From Candidatus Enterousia sp. (GTDB lineage: Bacteria; Pseudomonadota; Alphaproteobacteria; Rs-D84): a DNA stretch of 64,000 bases. Numbering within the stretch: position 1 is the stretch's first letter; each line of letters opens with the position of its first letter. The DNA is taken from the NCBI GenBank assembly GCA_045613785.1, contig JAZLBQ010000003.1, forward strand, positions 1 through 64,000, in the 5' to 3' direction. Below the pieces are notes generated by a model, which saw only the letters and a program-made list of their open reading frames with translations, was not told where the DNA came from and ran no database searches. Shown one piece after another: positions 38,003-49,600 of this stretch. A program made the position numbers and the translations under genes.

Positions 38003-38614
38003 ATGACAAGGTTTAGATTTATTTTTGTTGCATTGTTCGCATTGTATGTCGGTGTTGCTGGTGCGGTTGATTTGCGTGGGGTCGCAAATGTAAATATCAC
38101 AAGTGATACCGCGGCAAATGCAAAAAATATTGCTTTTGATGAGGCAAGACGTCAGATTGTCATGGATGCATTGCGGCAATATGCAGATGTAAATGCTTTG
38201 CGTTCTGCTGTAAAAAGTGCTAAAAGTTCTGAATTGATGAATTTGGTTCAGCAATCTAGTATTGACGGGGAAAAAACATCTGATACGACATATTCAGCAA
38301 GTATTTCTATGACCTTAAATTTAGATGCTGCAAGAAATTGGTTGGCGACAAATGAAGTGCAGAATTGGTTGCCAGATGAAACAAAGCGTGATGCTTTTAC
38401 TGTTGTAGTAAAATTATCAAATCCGCTTTCAGATTGGGGACAATTAAATCAAATTGCAAGAACTGAAAATATTGATATGATGACAAAAAGTATTACAGGG
38501 AATTTGGTTCGTGTTGAAATGCCAGTTTCGGTGCGTGGAAAATGGACAATTGCTGTGCGTGAGGCTGGATGGCGATATGCAAACAAAGATGGGGTATTAA
38601 ATATCTGGAAATAA
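38003..38614 (+). CDS. Secreted hypothetical protein
   Basis: Signal peptide; V-x-I-T-S-D-T-A-x-x-A-K-x-x-A-x-x-E-A-R pattern. Confidence 0.8.
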   Translation: MTRFRFIFVALFALYVGVAGAVDLRGVANVNITSDTAANAKNIAFDEARRQIVMDALRQYADVNALRSAVKSAKSSELMNLVQQSSIDGEKTSDTTYSASISMTLNLDAARNWLATNEVQNWLPDETKRDAFTVVVKLSNPLSDWGQLNQIARTENIDMMTKSITGNLVRVEMPVSVRGKWTIAVREAGWRYANKDGVLNIWK

Positions 38615-38684
38615 AATTGGATAGCATGTTCGTTGGTTTTTTTATGAAATATGCTGTGGATAGATGAAAAAAAAGGGGATGTGA

Positions 38685-39551
38685 GTGAAAAAAGTTTCTT
38701 TGGCGTTGTTGATGGTTTTGTTGCCGCTGTATGGTTGGGCTGATGAGGTTTCGTCTGATGCTGCAAACAAAGGTTCTTTGGTGTTGGCTGTGCGTCGTAT
38801 CGGATTGGAATGGTCTAAGACACAGGTTCGTAATTCTTTGCAGTATCAAGATTCGCCTGTTTCTGCATTGAAGGCAGACAGTCAGGATTTTATCAAGGGG
38901 GTCTTTGACACGGCATTAGAATATAATAAAAATCGATTCCAGTGGGATAACAGTTTATTTATGGAATATGGTGAAACTAAGTTGAAACCAGTTGATGGTG
39001 TGGAACAGGTAAGTGAAAATGCTGATGATATTTTGTTGAGCAGTAATTTGTCTTATGCGTGTTGGGAGGCTTCTGGGTTTAAATTTGGACCAACTGTGCG
39101 TGCAGCGTATGATACAGAATTTAAAACAACAGGGGATTCTCCACGTCAGAATATTATTCGTTCCAGTGCCGGTCTTTCGTTGTTCGATAATGCGATTATC
39201 AAAAGTTTGTATTTAACTGGGGTGCATGAATATGACTTTACATATTCGCAGACGATTAGCAAGTTGGCAGCAGAAGTTGGTTGGCGGTTGGAATATCAGG
39301 TTCGTGAAGGCGTAAAGTTATCGACTAATGGTTATTATCGTGAATATTTAAGTTATTCTGTATATGAACCAACTGATTTAGAACGTGATTTTAGTGCTGT
39401 CTTGCGTATGGATACGAATTTGTGGGGTGATTTGACGATGGGGCCGTATGTTCAATATCGTCGTGCACGTGCCCGTGGCGTTGATGTCTATGGCAGTAAT
39501 TTTATAATGGGTATTTCATTTAACTATATTACATCATTTGGATTGATATAG
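38685..39551 (+). CDS. Outer membrane beta-barrel protein (DUF3078-like)
   Basis: Signal peptide, WDNSLFMEYG...ENADD, amphipathic beta-strands. Confidence 0.65.
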   Translation: MKKVSLALLMVLLPLYGWADEVSSDAANKGSLVLAVRRIGLEWSKTQVRNSLQYQDSPVSALKADSQDFIKGVFDTALEYNKNRFQWDNSLFMEYGETKLKPVDGVEQVSENADDILLSSNLSYACWEASGFKFGPTVRAAYDTEFKTTGDSPRQNIIRSSAGLSLFDNAIIKSLYLTGVHEYDFTYSQTISKLAAEVGWRLEYQVREGVKLSTNGYYREYLSYSVYEPTDLERDFSAVLRMDTNLWGDLTMGPYVQYRRARARGVDVYGSNFIMGISFNYITSFGLI

Positions 39552-39700
39552 TGAACAAAGTTTCCTTTCTTGTCTTAAAGTCCCCCATTTGGGGGATTTT
39601 TTTTATTGATTGCTAGTTGTCGAACCCTTTTGTCGTGTTCAAATCCTGGGACGCACAGCACAAATTTAAAACACCGCCGTGGGGCGGTGCTTTGAATTCG

Positions 39701-39777
39701 TGGCGCATCCAGAAGGATTCGAACCCTCAGTCTTCTGATCCGTAGTCAGATGCTTTATCCAGTTAAGCTATGGATGC
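39701..39777 (-). tRNA. tRNA-Arg(ACG)
   Basis: Reverse complement GCATCCA...TCTGA-CT-ACG-GA-TCAGA...GTTCGAATCC...GCCA. Confidence 0.97.
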
Positions 39778-39830
39778 AACGGTTTGTTATTTTATACCTT
39801 TTTATTTAAATTGCAAGCAAAAATATTTTT

Positions 39831-40412
39831 TTATTTGGTTTTTTGTTTTATGCCTTTGTATAGTTCGTTGTAATGTTCACGACATACTGATTTATAGTTG
39901 CTGTCTCCAAGAACAAATTGGTCGCCTGCATGTATTACTCGACCATTTTTATCAAAACGTAGATGGTGTGTTGCCATCTTCATACAGCCTGTTATCTGGC
40001 AATTCGATTCCATGCGGTGCAGTTTGGCACCGACTTCTATCAATCGGCGAGAGGCAGGAAATATCTTTTCGTTGCTGTCAACCATAAGACCATAACACAT
40101 GACTATTTTATTCTGTTGGTCGGCAATGTGAACCAGTTTATCTATGTCTGATTCAGAAAAGAATTGAACTTCGTCAACTAAAATAACTTTTGTTTCTGGT
40201 GTTGGAGCATATTTTTCCAGATTTTGTAATGCAGTTGCCTCCCATGACAGTCCTAGTCGAGAATTTATTTTTTGTGTAGAAAAACGTGTGTCAAATGATG
40301 GTTTGATAACCTCGACTTTGTTCCCGTTCTGGGTGAAATTGTATGCGTTCATAATTAGGGCGGCAGATTTAGAACTGCTCATTACCCCATAGTGAAAATG
40401 CAGGTTTGCCAT
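39831..40412 (-). CDS. tdk: Thymidine kinase
   Basis: LHFHYGVMSSSKS, ILVDEVQF, VMCYGL, C-terminal YKSVCREH. Confidence 0.92.
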   Translation of the reverse strand: MANLHFHYGVMSSSKSAALIMNAYNFTQNGNKVEVIKPSFDTRFSTQKINSRLGLSWEATALQNLEKYAPTPETKVILVDEVQFFSESDIDKLVHIADQQNKIVMCYGLMVDSNEKIFPASRRLIEVGAKLHRMESNCQITGCMKMATHHLRFDKNGRVIHAGDQFVLGDSNYKSVCREHYNELYKGIKQKTK

Positions 40413-40436
40413 TTTTTCCCTTCCTTGGGTGATGTG

Positions 40437-41378
40437 TTATTGTTTTATTGTCATTGATTCCAAGCGTTTAATGCGATTGGCAATTGGTGGGTGCGTCGCC
40501 AGCAGTTCGCCAAAAAATGCACGTGGGTTGCCAGGAAATGCAATGCAGGCAGATGCCATTGTTTTGGCACGATCTAATTGAGGTAGGCGTGAATCGTCGC
40601 TGATTTTACGCAGTGCTGATGCTAAAGCATTGGGGTTGCGTGTTATGTGTGCCCCAGTGGCATCAGCGGCATATTCACGATTGCGTGATACAGCCATACG
40701 TAATACAGGGACAATTATTACATTGAATATACTTAAAACCAGCCAGCATAGCCAGATTGTTAAATCGACGCCTTGTTTTTCTTTGTCTCGTGTGCCGATG
40801 TTATGGGTTGCGGTATACCATAATATATTTGCGATAAATACCGTTACACCGACGCCTGTTATCATCAGCATATCTAAGCGAATGTCACGGTTGCCGATAT
40901 GAGCCATTTCGTGTGCAATTACGCCATCAAGTTCTGATTTGTTTAGTCTTTTGATAATTCCACTGGTTAGTGCAATTGATGCGTCTCGTGGGGAACGGCC
41001 CGTGGCAAAGGCGTTAAGTGAGTTGCTGTGGATTATGTAAACACGTGGTGTAGGTAGGCCTGCCGCTAGAGATATGTTCTCGACGCTGCGAAAGATTTCA
41101 CGATATTCAGAATCGTCTGGTTTTATTTCAGTAGCGTTTGCGATGTTTAGCATTATCGAATCGCCAAATGCCCACGATATCAGCATCCAAATCGCACAAA
41201 TCGCAAAAATTGGACCAGAAATTGCCAAGGATGTGGCCAAGGCTTCTTGCTGGGGGCTGCTGAAGGTAAAGGCAATAAATAGCAGGGCGATAAAGGACAG
41301 TGGGAACATCGCCAATAGTATAAATGTCTTGATATTGTTGCTGCGAATATGGTCATAGACCGTTTTTATTGTGGACAT
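40437..41378 (-). CDS. htpX: M48 zinc metalloprotease HtpX
   Basis: NAFATGRSP, GVIAHEMAHI, SRNREYAADA, ATHPPIANRI. Confidence 0.93.
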   Translation of the reverse strand: MSTIKTVYDHIRSNNIKTFILLAMFPLSFIALLFIAFTFSSPQQEALATSLAISGPIFAICAIWMLISWAFGDSIMLNIANATEIKPDDSEYREIFRSVENISLAAGLPTPRVYIIHSNSLNAFATGRSPRDASIALTSGIIKRLNKSELDGVIAHEMAHIGNRDIRLDMLMITGVGVTVFIANILWYTATHNIGTRDKEKQGVDLTIWLCWLVLSIFNVIIVPVLRMAVSRNREYAADATGAHITRNPNALASALRKISDDSRLPQLDRAKTMASACIAFPGNPRAFFGELLATHPPIANRIKRLESMTIKQ

Positions 41379-41481
41379 ATTTGTTTCCTGGGGTTTCTGA
41401 TGGGATTATGTTATAAAAATAATCATATGTTAAGGATTTTATTTATGAAGTTATGGTCTGTTTTGTGATATAATAATTATT

Positions 41482-42504
41482 ATGAGAAGTTGGGGTATTG
41501 TTGTTTTGTGTTGTGTATTTGTAAATGCTGCTGTGGCAGAAGAAGGAGTGTTGACTCGTGCGGCACGCAGTTTTTTAAAGCCACAAAGTTTTCCAACTGT
41601 ATTTAGTGATGCGTCTTTTGAAACCAGGATGCGGGTTTTGGCTCAGGGATATGAACCATGGGAGACGGAATATGATTCAAATGGGCGATGCATAAGTGGT
41701 TGTGCATATAGCACGATGGATATAGACGAAGATTTGCGGCGTATGCAACAACAAACGCAAACTGCTGTGGCGGAACTGCAAAGTCAGGGGGCGTTGCCGT
41801 TATCTGTTTCACAACAAGGACAGGTTGTGCCGCCAAAGCCAACGCAGGGGCATGTGTCTTTGGGGCAGGGTGTAGAATCTGTTCAGTCGGCACAGACCTC
41901 GCAGACTGTTCAGGTCGTTCAAAATATATTGCCTGGTGTTCAGCAAATATTTCAAGGTCAAACAAATACAGGGGTGTCGTCTAATGAAAATCTGACTCCG
42001 CAGTTTCAATATTTGTCACATACGGAGAATAGTATCCCATTGCATAATTTGCGTGCTGATATTGACTATGCCTCTATCCAGGCGAAAACAACATACGATG
42101 ATTGGTTTCAGGGGTGGCCTATTGGTTGGCCGGTTAAAGGACGCCCAAAGATTACGTCGCCTTTTGGACGTAGAACTCACCCCGTTACAGGAAATCAGCA
42201 AAATCATACGGGGGTAGATTTGGCGGTCGCAAGTGGAACAGATGTTTTTTCCCCGGCAAATGGAAAAGTGGTTAGTGTTTGGACAGATGGAACGTGTGGA
42301 CGTGGGATAAAGATTTCGCACAGTTCTGGCTATGAAACACTTTATTGTCATCTGGATAAGCAGTTGGTTCTGCAAAACCAGCAAGTAAAAAAAGGTGATT
42401 TGATTGCAAAGTCTGGTAATTCAGGTCGCAGCACAGGATCACATTTGCATTATGCGATTAAAAAAGATGGAATTTATATCGATCCTGCAGAACTAATGCA
42501 ATGA
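41482..42504 (+). CDS. M23 family peptidase with unrecognised N-terminal domain
   Basis: Signal peptide; ITSPFGRRTHPV, HTGVD, YCHL, STGSHLHY. Confidence 0.88.
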   Translation: MRSWGIVVLCCVFVNAAVAEEGVLTRAARSFLKPQSFPTVFSDASFETRMRVLAQGYEPWETEYDSNGRCISGCAYSTMDIDEDLRRMQQQTQTAVAELQSQGALPLSVSQQGQVVPPKPTQGHVSLGQGVESVQSAQTSQTVQVVQNILPGVQQIFQGQTNTGVSSNENLTPQFQYLSHTENSIPLHNLRADIDYASIQAKTTYDDWFQGWPIGWPVKGRPKITSPFGRRTHPVTGNQQNHTGVDLAVASGTDVFSPANGKVVSVWTDGTCGRGIKISHSSGYETLYCHLDKQLVLQNQQVKKGDLIAKSGNSGRSTGSHLHYAIKKDGIYIDPAELMQ

Positions 42505-42873
42505 TTTTTTATCTGAACGCTTGAAACGAACGAAAAAACTGCCGTTGTTGATTGGTTGAAATGATATTATGTATGGGGACAAAACACTGTCTGTTGCCCA
42601 TTGTTGAAATTTGATTTTTAGTATTCCACTGGCCCCTGTGATTATGTTGGCTGTGCGAGTTCCTGATTTTGCCAGGCTTAGTATTGCTGACCAGGCTTGT
42701 TCTTCGGTCAGAGTGTGCAGGTCAAGAACGCTGTGCTGTGGGGTTGGTGGAGTGTGCGGAATTCGGCTGGATAGGTGCAGTTCAGAACGCACAGAACGGC
42801 GGACCGCCGTGTCATCAGGTGTGATTTCTTCGCCTAGCATATGTTTGATATCGTCGTCAGTTAGCTTCTTCAT
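42493..42873 (-). CDS. Smr/MutS2-domain protein
   Basis: LDLHTLTEEQA...IITGASGILK...NNGSFFV. Confidence 0.82.
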   Translation of the reverse strand: MKKLTDDDIKHMLGEEITPDDTAVRRSVRSELHLSSRIPHTPPTPQHSVLDLHTLTEEQAWSAILSLAKSGTRTANIITGASGILKIKFQQWATDSVLSPYIISFQPINNGSFFVRFKRSDKKSLH

Positions 42874-43670
42874 AATGTTTGAATAATGTTGTTTTGCTGT
42901 GATGGGGTGAATACTAGGACACGTTCAATGCCTGCTAAATCAGGTTCAGAACGCAGTAAATCCCAGCCGTTTGAAATAAATATTGTTTTTATGTCTGTTC
43001 CTTGGTTTATGCCGATTTCCAGGAACAATTTGCCGTCTGGTTTTATCCAGTGCTTGGCATTCTTTGCAATCGATTGATAGGCAGCTAGACCATTGTTTGC
43101 TGCATAAAGTGCTATATGTGGGTCGTGGATAGCACCGGCATCTACACGGGAATCTTTATATGGGATATAGGGTGGATTTGAAACAATTATATCAAATCGT
43201 TCGCCAAAGTCGTATGGGCGATTAAATGTTGTTCGAATTGTTTTGATTTTTGATTCTAAGCCCAGGTTTTTTATGTTGTGACGGGCAACATTTAAGGCAC
43301 GGCGAGATTTGTCAATCGCAATTCCAGATGCGTCTGATATGTTCTTGACCAATGAACATATTATACAGCCTGTGCCTGTGCCTAAATCCAAAATACGTGG
43401 GGTAGTGTCTGATAAAATGTCTGATAAAACAGCGGCAACTAATGTTTCCGTGTCAGGACGGGGGTCAAGTGTGTATTTGTTTGTATAAAAACACAAACCA
43501 TAAAACCATTTTTTATGAATTAGTTTGGCAACTGGAACATTGCGTCGTAATTGGTGTGCCAAATAAAGGATATAAATCCTGGAAAATTTTTTAGTGTTTT
43601 CAGTTATAACACGGGCAGCACGAATGCCACCGGCTTGTTGTAAGACTGTGAATGCTTGATTTCTGTTCAT
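42870..43670 (-). CDS. prmC: Release factor glutamine methyltransferase
   Basis: TLDPRPDTETLV, ILDLGTGTGCI, IVSNPPYI, LEIG; start placed at MNRNQAF. Confidence 0.9.
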   Translation of the reverse strand: MNRNQAFTVLQQAGGIRAARVITENTKKFSRIYILYLAHQLRRNVPVAKLIHKKWFYGLCFYTNKYTLDPRPDTETLVAAVLSDILSDTTPRILDLGTGTGCIICSLVKNISDASGIAIDKSRRALNVARHNIKNLGLESKIKTIRTTFNRPYDFGERFDIIVSNPPYIPYKDSRVDAGAIHDPHIALYAANNGLAAYQSIAKNAKHWIKPDGKLFLEIGINQGTDIKTIFISNGWDLLRSEPDLAGIERVLVFTPSQQNNIIQTL

Positions 43671-43691
43671 AAAGGCATTATAATCGCTGCT

Positions 43692-44951
43692 ATGAAAAAA
43701 GCAAAAGATATTATGAATACACGCAATCTGACACGGCTGGTGGTGGCATTGGCTGTGTTGTTGAGTTTGGTTGCGATTTTCTTGGTTTTGACCAAGCGAA
43801 CTCCTGGGCAAATACGGGCGGCACGACTAAATGAATGCAAGTCTGTGGTGGTCGTTTCTTCTGGTGATACGTTATCAAAACTGTTGTTGGAACAGGGCTT
43901 GAATCATAATGATGTCAACACTATTGCCAGTGTTTTGAAATCAAATGCAGAAATTACAACGCTGCGTGCAGACCGTGATAAATTGGAATTTGTTCGGGCG
44001 ACAGATGATGCACCTGTGTCAAAAATCGTCGTTATTCCTTCGCCATGGCGTCAGGTAGAATTGACTTGCAATGAATCCGGTGCTTGGGATTGCAAGACGG
44101 TTGATATTCAGCGTGATACAAGGGCGATTTATAAAAGCGGTGAAATCTTGGACGGGGATAGTTTCTATCTGGCTGGGCAACGTGCTGGAATTCCTGCTGG
44201 AATTTTGGCAGATGTTTATGATTTGCTGGCTTTTGAAATGGACTTTGAGCGTGATGTTCGGGCTGGACAAAAATTCTCGGTTTTGTATGAAGAAAATTTT
44301 TCCGAAGGTAAAAAAATCGATAATGGTCGGGTCTTGGCTGTTTCATTCGAGGCACTGCGTGGCAATGTGCAAATGTATAGATTTAGAAAATCAGATGGAA
44401 CAACGGGATATTATGATGCTGAAGGTAATGGTGCAATAAAGTCTTTGAAAAGAACGCCAATAAATAATGCTAAAATTACCAGTAATTTTTCCAGAAATCG
44501 TAAACACCCGGTTTTGGGCTATACACGTGCCCACAAGGGAGTTGATTTCCGTGCTTCAACTGGCACACCGATTCCAGCCGCAGGGGCAGGGCGTGTTGTT
44601 GCACGCAGTTTTAATCGTGGACATGGTAATTTTGTAAAGATTAGACATAACGGTTCATACGAAACGCTTTATGCACATATGTCCAGATTTGCCAAGGGCG
44701 TAAATGTTGGAACAACTGTTCGTCAGGGGCAGACGATTGGATATGTTGGGTCAACGGGTTATTCAACAGGGCCGCATTTGCACTATGAAATTATCAAAGA
44801 TGGTGTTCATGTGAATCCAATGACAGTTAAATTGCCAGCGATTAGTAATCTGGGAAAAGAAGACAAGAAAAAGTTTATTGAATATCGTAAGATTCTAGAT
44901 GATGGCATAAAACAGTTGGAAAAAAATCCAGCAATGTATATCCAGTTGTAA
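43692..44951 (+). CDS. M23 peptidoglycan DD-endopeptidase (MepM/Csd3-like)
   Basis: N-terminal TM helix, GDTLS LysM-like segment, MDFERDVRAG, HKGVDF, YAHM, STGPHLHYE. Confidence 0.9.
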   Translation: MKKAKDIMNTRNLTRLVVALAVLLSLVAIFLVLTKRTPGQIRAARLNECKSVVVVSSGDTLSKLLLEQGLNHNDVNTIASVLKSNAEITTLRADRDKLEFVRATDDAPVSKIVVIPSPWRQVELTCNESGAWDCKTVDIQRDTRAIYKSGEILDGDSFYLAGQRAGIPAGILADVYDLLAFEMDFERDVRAGQKFSVLYEENFSEGKKIDNGRVLAVSFEALRGNVQMYRFRKSDGTTGYYDAEGNGAIKSLKRTPINNAKITSNFSRNRKHPVLGYTRAHKGVDFRASTGTPIPAAGAGRVVARSFNRGHGNFVKIRHNGSYETLYAHMSRFAKGVNVGTTVRQGQTIGYVGSTGYSTGPHLHYEIIKDGVHVNPMTVKLPAISNLGKEDKKKFIEYRKILDDGIKQLEKNPAMYIQL

Positions 44952-44988
44952 AAAAAATCCCCATTTCGGGGATTTTTTATGGCTATAT

Positions 44989-45195
44989 TTATTTTCGTGT
45001 AGCCCAAAATAATGCCCACAGCCAGCCGATAATTGACCATGAAAATATCCAACTGCCCAGACGAACTGCGTGCATGTCAGGTTTGCCTTTGCCGTTTTGG
45101 CGTGCAATCCAAGCTGGTGCAAATATAATCGCCAGTAAAATCATTACACCCAGTGCGTATTTAATAATGGCTAAGATGTCGATGTTTAATATCAT
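44989..45195 (-). CDS. Superinfection immunity (T4 Imm-like) membrane protein
   Basis: IIFAPAWIA...WSIIGWLWALFWA two-TM motif. Confidence 0.7.
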   Translation of the reverse strand: MILNIDILAIIKYALGVMILLAIIFAPAWIARQNGKGKPDMHAVRLGSWIFSWSIIGWLWALFWATRK

Positions 45196-45250
45196 TTTTA
45201 TATAGAAAAGGGGGCGTTTGTATGCCCCCCCTAAATCCATTCGTTGTGGA

Positions 45251-46525
<1,275 letters not shown>

Positions 46526-46636
46526 TTACCTTTATATTATATAACAAAAATCAAAATGTTTACATTTTAGTCTTGCCTTGTTTAGACTAAATGTGTGATA
46601 ATATAATCACATTTAGGATTGGAAGAAAATAGAAAA

Positions 46637-49600
46637 ATGATAAAAAAATTAGTTTCTTTTGTTTGCTGCCTTTTGCCAATAGGTGCAGGGGCTGTTGTCG
46701 TTAGTCCAGAATCTGGACAAAATTCAATTTCAACTGAACAAGCGTCTTGGACAGAGGCGATTGGGGCAGGTAGTTCAATTACTATCAATAGTGCCGCTGT
46801 CAATGGTATTTCATCGGCAAATGGTTTTTCTATTGCTAATAATATGTATGTTGGTATGCCAACAGATCAGGGAAGTATCAATGGTGATTTGTATGTTTTG
46901 AATAGTGTTCAAAACCCTTTTACCGTTGTTTCGACCGGTGATATTTCTATTGGTGCAATTTTGCAGGTCTTGGACGGCAAGACATTGGGATTCAAGACAT
47001 CTGATACAAATCCAACGGCTTTTGATTTGACTGTTGGTTCGGGAAATGTAAATGAAGGTATCAAGATTGGTAGTGCCGAACAAAATGCAACGTTAAATCT
47101 GGAAAATATTGATGTTTTGACGGTTGATGGTTCTGTGATTGCATATGGTAATTTTTCTGCGTCTGCAAATTCTGTGAATATGGGATTGGTTAATGCAAAC
47201 ACTGGAAATATGACTGTCAATGCAACCGGCGATGTTGCTGTTGGTGGATTGGTCGCAAACAGTGATGGGACAACAAATATTACAGCAGGTGGGGTGCTTT
47301 CTTCTGATGGAACAATCCAGAATAATGCTGGCACAATGAACCTGGTCGCTGGTGATGATATCAATGTTGTTGGTAGCGTTGAAAATAAGTCTGCAGGAAA
47401 TGTTTCTATCCGTGGGGCGGATATGACGGTTAGTGAAATGCTGACAAATGAGGCTTCTTCTGCAACATTGACAATGAATTTGGATTCTTTGACTGTCAAT
47501 GGTGGCACTCAATCAGCATATTCTTTTGTGAATAGTGGAAATTTGTTTGCAACGGTCAAAGGAAAAACATATCTGGAATATGGTATGAATTTGGGCGGTA
47601 TGACCAAGGATAATGTGTTTAATTTGGATACGGGAACATTGGAATTTGGTTCAAGTGCAACTAGTCAGACTTGGTTTAATGCTTTCTCTAATTATCTGGA
47701 TAGTTTTAATCTGGCGGTGCGTGATGGTGATATCAATGTTTCAACTATTTTGAACGGAATCAATTCAGATGGTGTTGCAAATGCAACAGCGGATATGGCT
47801 ATTTTGGCTCAGAATATTAGTGCAACAACAATTCGTAACAATGGTAAAACATTAGTAGTCAAGGCGGCAGATTTAGATTCTGGATATGATATCGTCGGAC
47901 CAGCTGCCGATTCGTCTGTTGGTAATATCAATGTATCTGGTCAGATTATCGGGGCTGCAGGAACAACAACTGATGTTATTGCATCTGGAACATTGACTGT
48001 TCTGGGTGCTGTTTCTAATAATGCAGATATGACGTTAAACGGTAATGCTGTAAATTTGGCTTCTGTGTCTAATTCTGGTGTTGATGCGGATTTGACAGTG
48101 TCTTCGCTGACAGCATCAACTGGTGTGGTCGAAATTTCAGGCAATGTTACAAATTCTAATGGAAATACAACAATCTGGGCCAAAGACGTTAGTATCGCTG
48201 GCGTTTTGACAAATAATGGTGGAACAACAACTGTTCGTGGTTCTGATACAGCAGGTGGGGCGGTTGAAATTGGCTCTGTCGTTGCATCTGCAGGAACGGT
48301 CAATTTGAACGCTTTGGCTGGCAGTATGATGATTGATAATGTTGTTACCGTTGCAGGTGGAACATTGAATTTGGGCGATAGTCTAAAGAATTTGACCGTA
48401 GGCGGCAGTGTTCAAATCGCAGGTGATTTGACAGCCAGTGCTAATAATGCTGTCAATGCAGGTGATGTAAATATTGCTGCTAGTGGTAATCCGGCTTTTG
48501 TCTTGGGGGCAGATGCGGTTGTTATTGGCGGAAATGTCAATGTTGTTGATAGTTCGGTTGTGCGTAATGTTCAAATCGATTCGGCTTTGATTGATGTTTC
48601 TGGTGATGCGACAGTTGAAAATCTGGGAATGCTGACGCTGGGGAAAAGCCCAGATTCATATGTGAAAATTGATGGCGATTTAATTGCAAATAATGGCGGT
48701 GTCTTTGAAACATACGCTGATGATTTGATTGCTGGTTCTGTTTCTGGAAATGGAAAATTCCTTGTCCACGGCGAGAATATTACTGCGGATAATGGAAATA
48801 TTGATATCGCAGGAAATGTTTATTTTGATCCTACCAATGATCCAACCGCACCAACTGCTGGTATGATTGTTCGTGATACTACGACTTTGACATTAAAGAC
48901 CGCCGCAGATGGCACGGATATTAGTGTTGGTGCAACATCTGTTGGAAATGGTAATACGCTGGCTTTGGAGTCTGCAGATGAGGTAGAAATTGCTGGTCTG
49001 TTGGCGAATAACGGAACTGTGCGTGTAAATGCAACGGGTGCTGCAAAAGTGGCAGGAAATATCCAAAATACGGGAACTGTTGATATTGCAGCTGCAACAA
49101 TTGAAACTTTGGATTTGCAAAATTCGGGCGATGTTGTTTTGAATTCCGAATCGGGGGCTGTAAACGTTGCTAATGTTGCAAACAGTGGCTCGTTGAGTGT
49201 TGTGGCGGCGACCGATTTTGTTGCAGGTGCTGTTTCTCAGACTGGCGGTGTGATGGATTTGACCGCAGATTCTGTTTCAATGCAAAGTTTGGTGGTTAGT
49301 GGTGCTGCAGGAACAATGGCTAACGTAAATGCGGATAGCCTTGATGTTGCTGGTAATATCAATGTTGCTGGAAATATGAGCCAGGGTGGCACAGATGCGA
49401 TGTTGAATTTGCAAGCAAGTAAACTGTCGGCAGCAAATTTGACAGTTGGTGGCGAATTTATTGCGACATCTGGTGGAACAACCTATGAAATTGGCTCAAA
49501 CGTCAATTTGGTTGGTGGATTGAATGTTGTTGGTGCTGCGACAGTGTTGTTTAATGCAGGTGGGTCTATCACTGGTGGTGATTTAACAAATGCTGGTGCG

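Noticed and set aside
40360-40412. Thymidine kinase P-loop reads GVMSSSKS instead of GxMxSGK[ST]
   Set aside because: A single substitution in an otherwise intact gene is not enough to claim inactivation or novelty.
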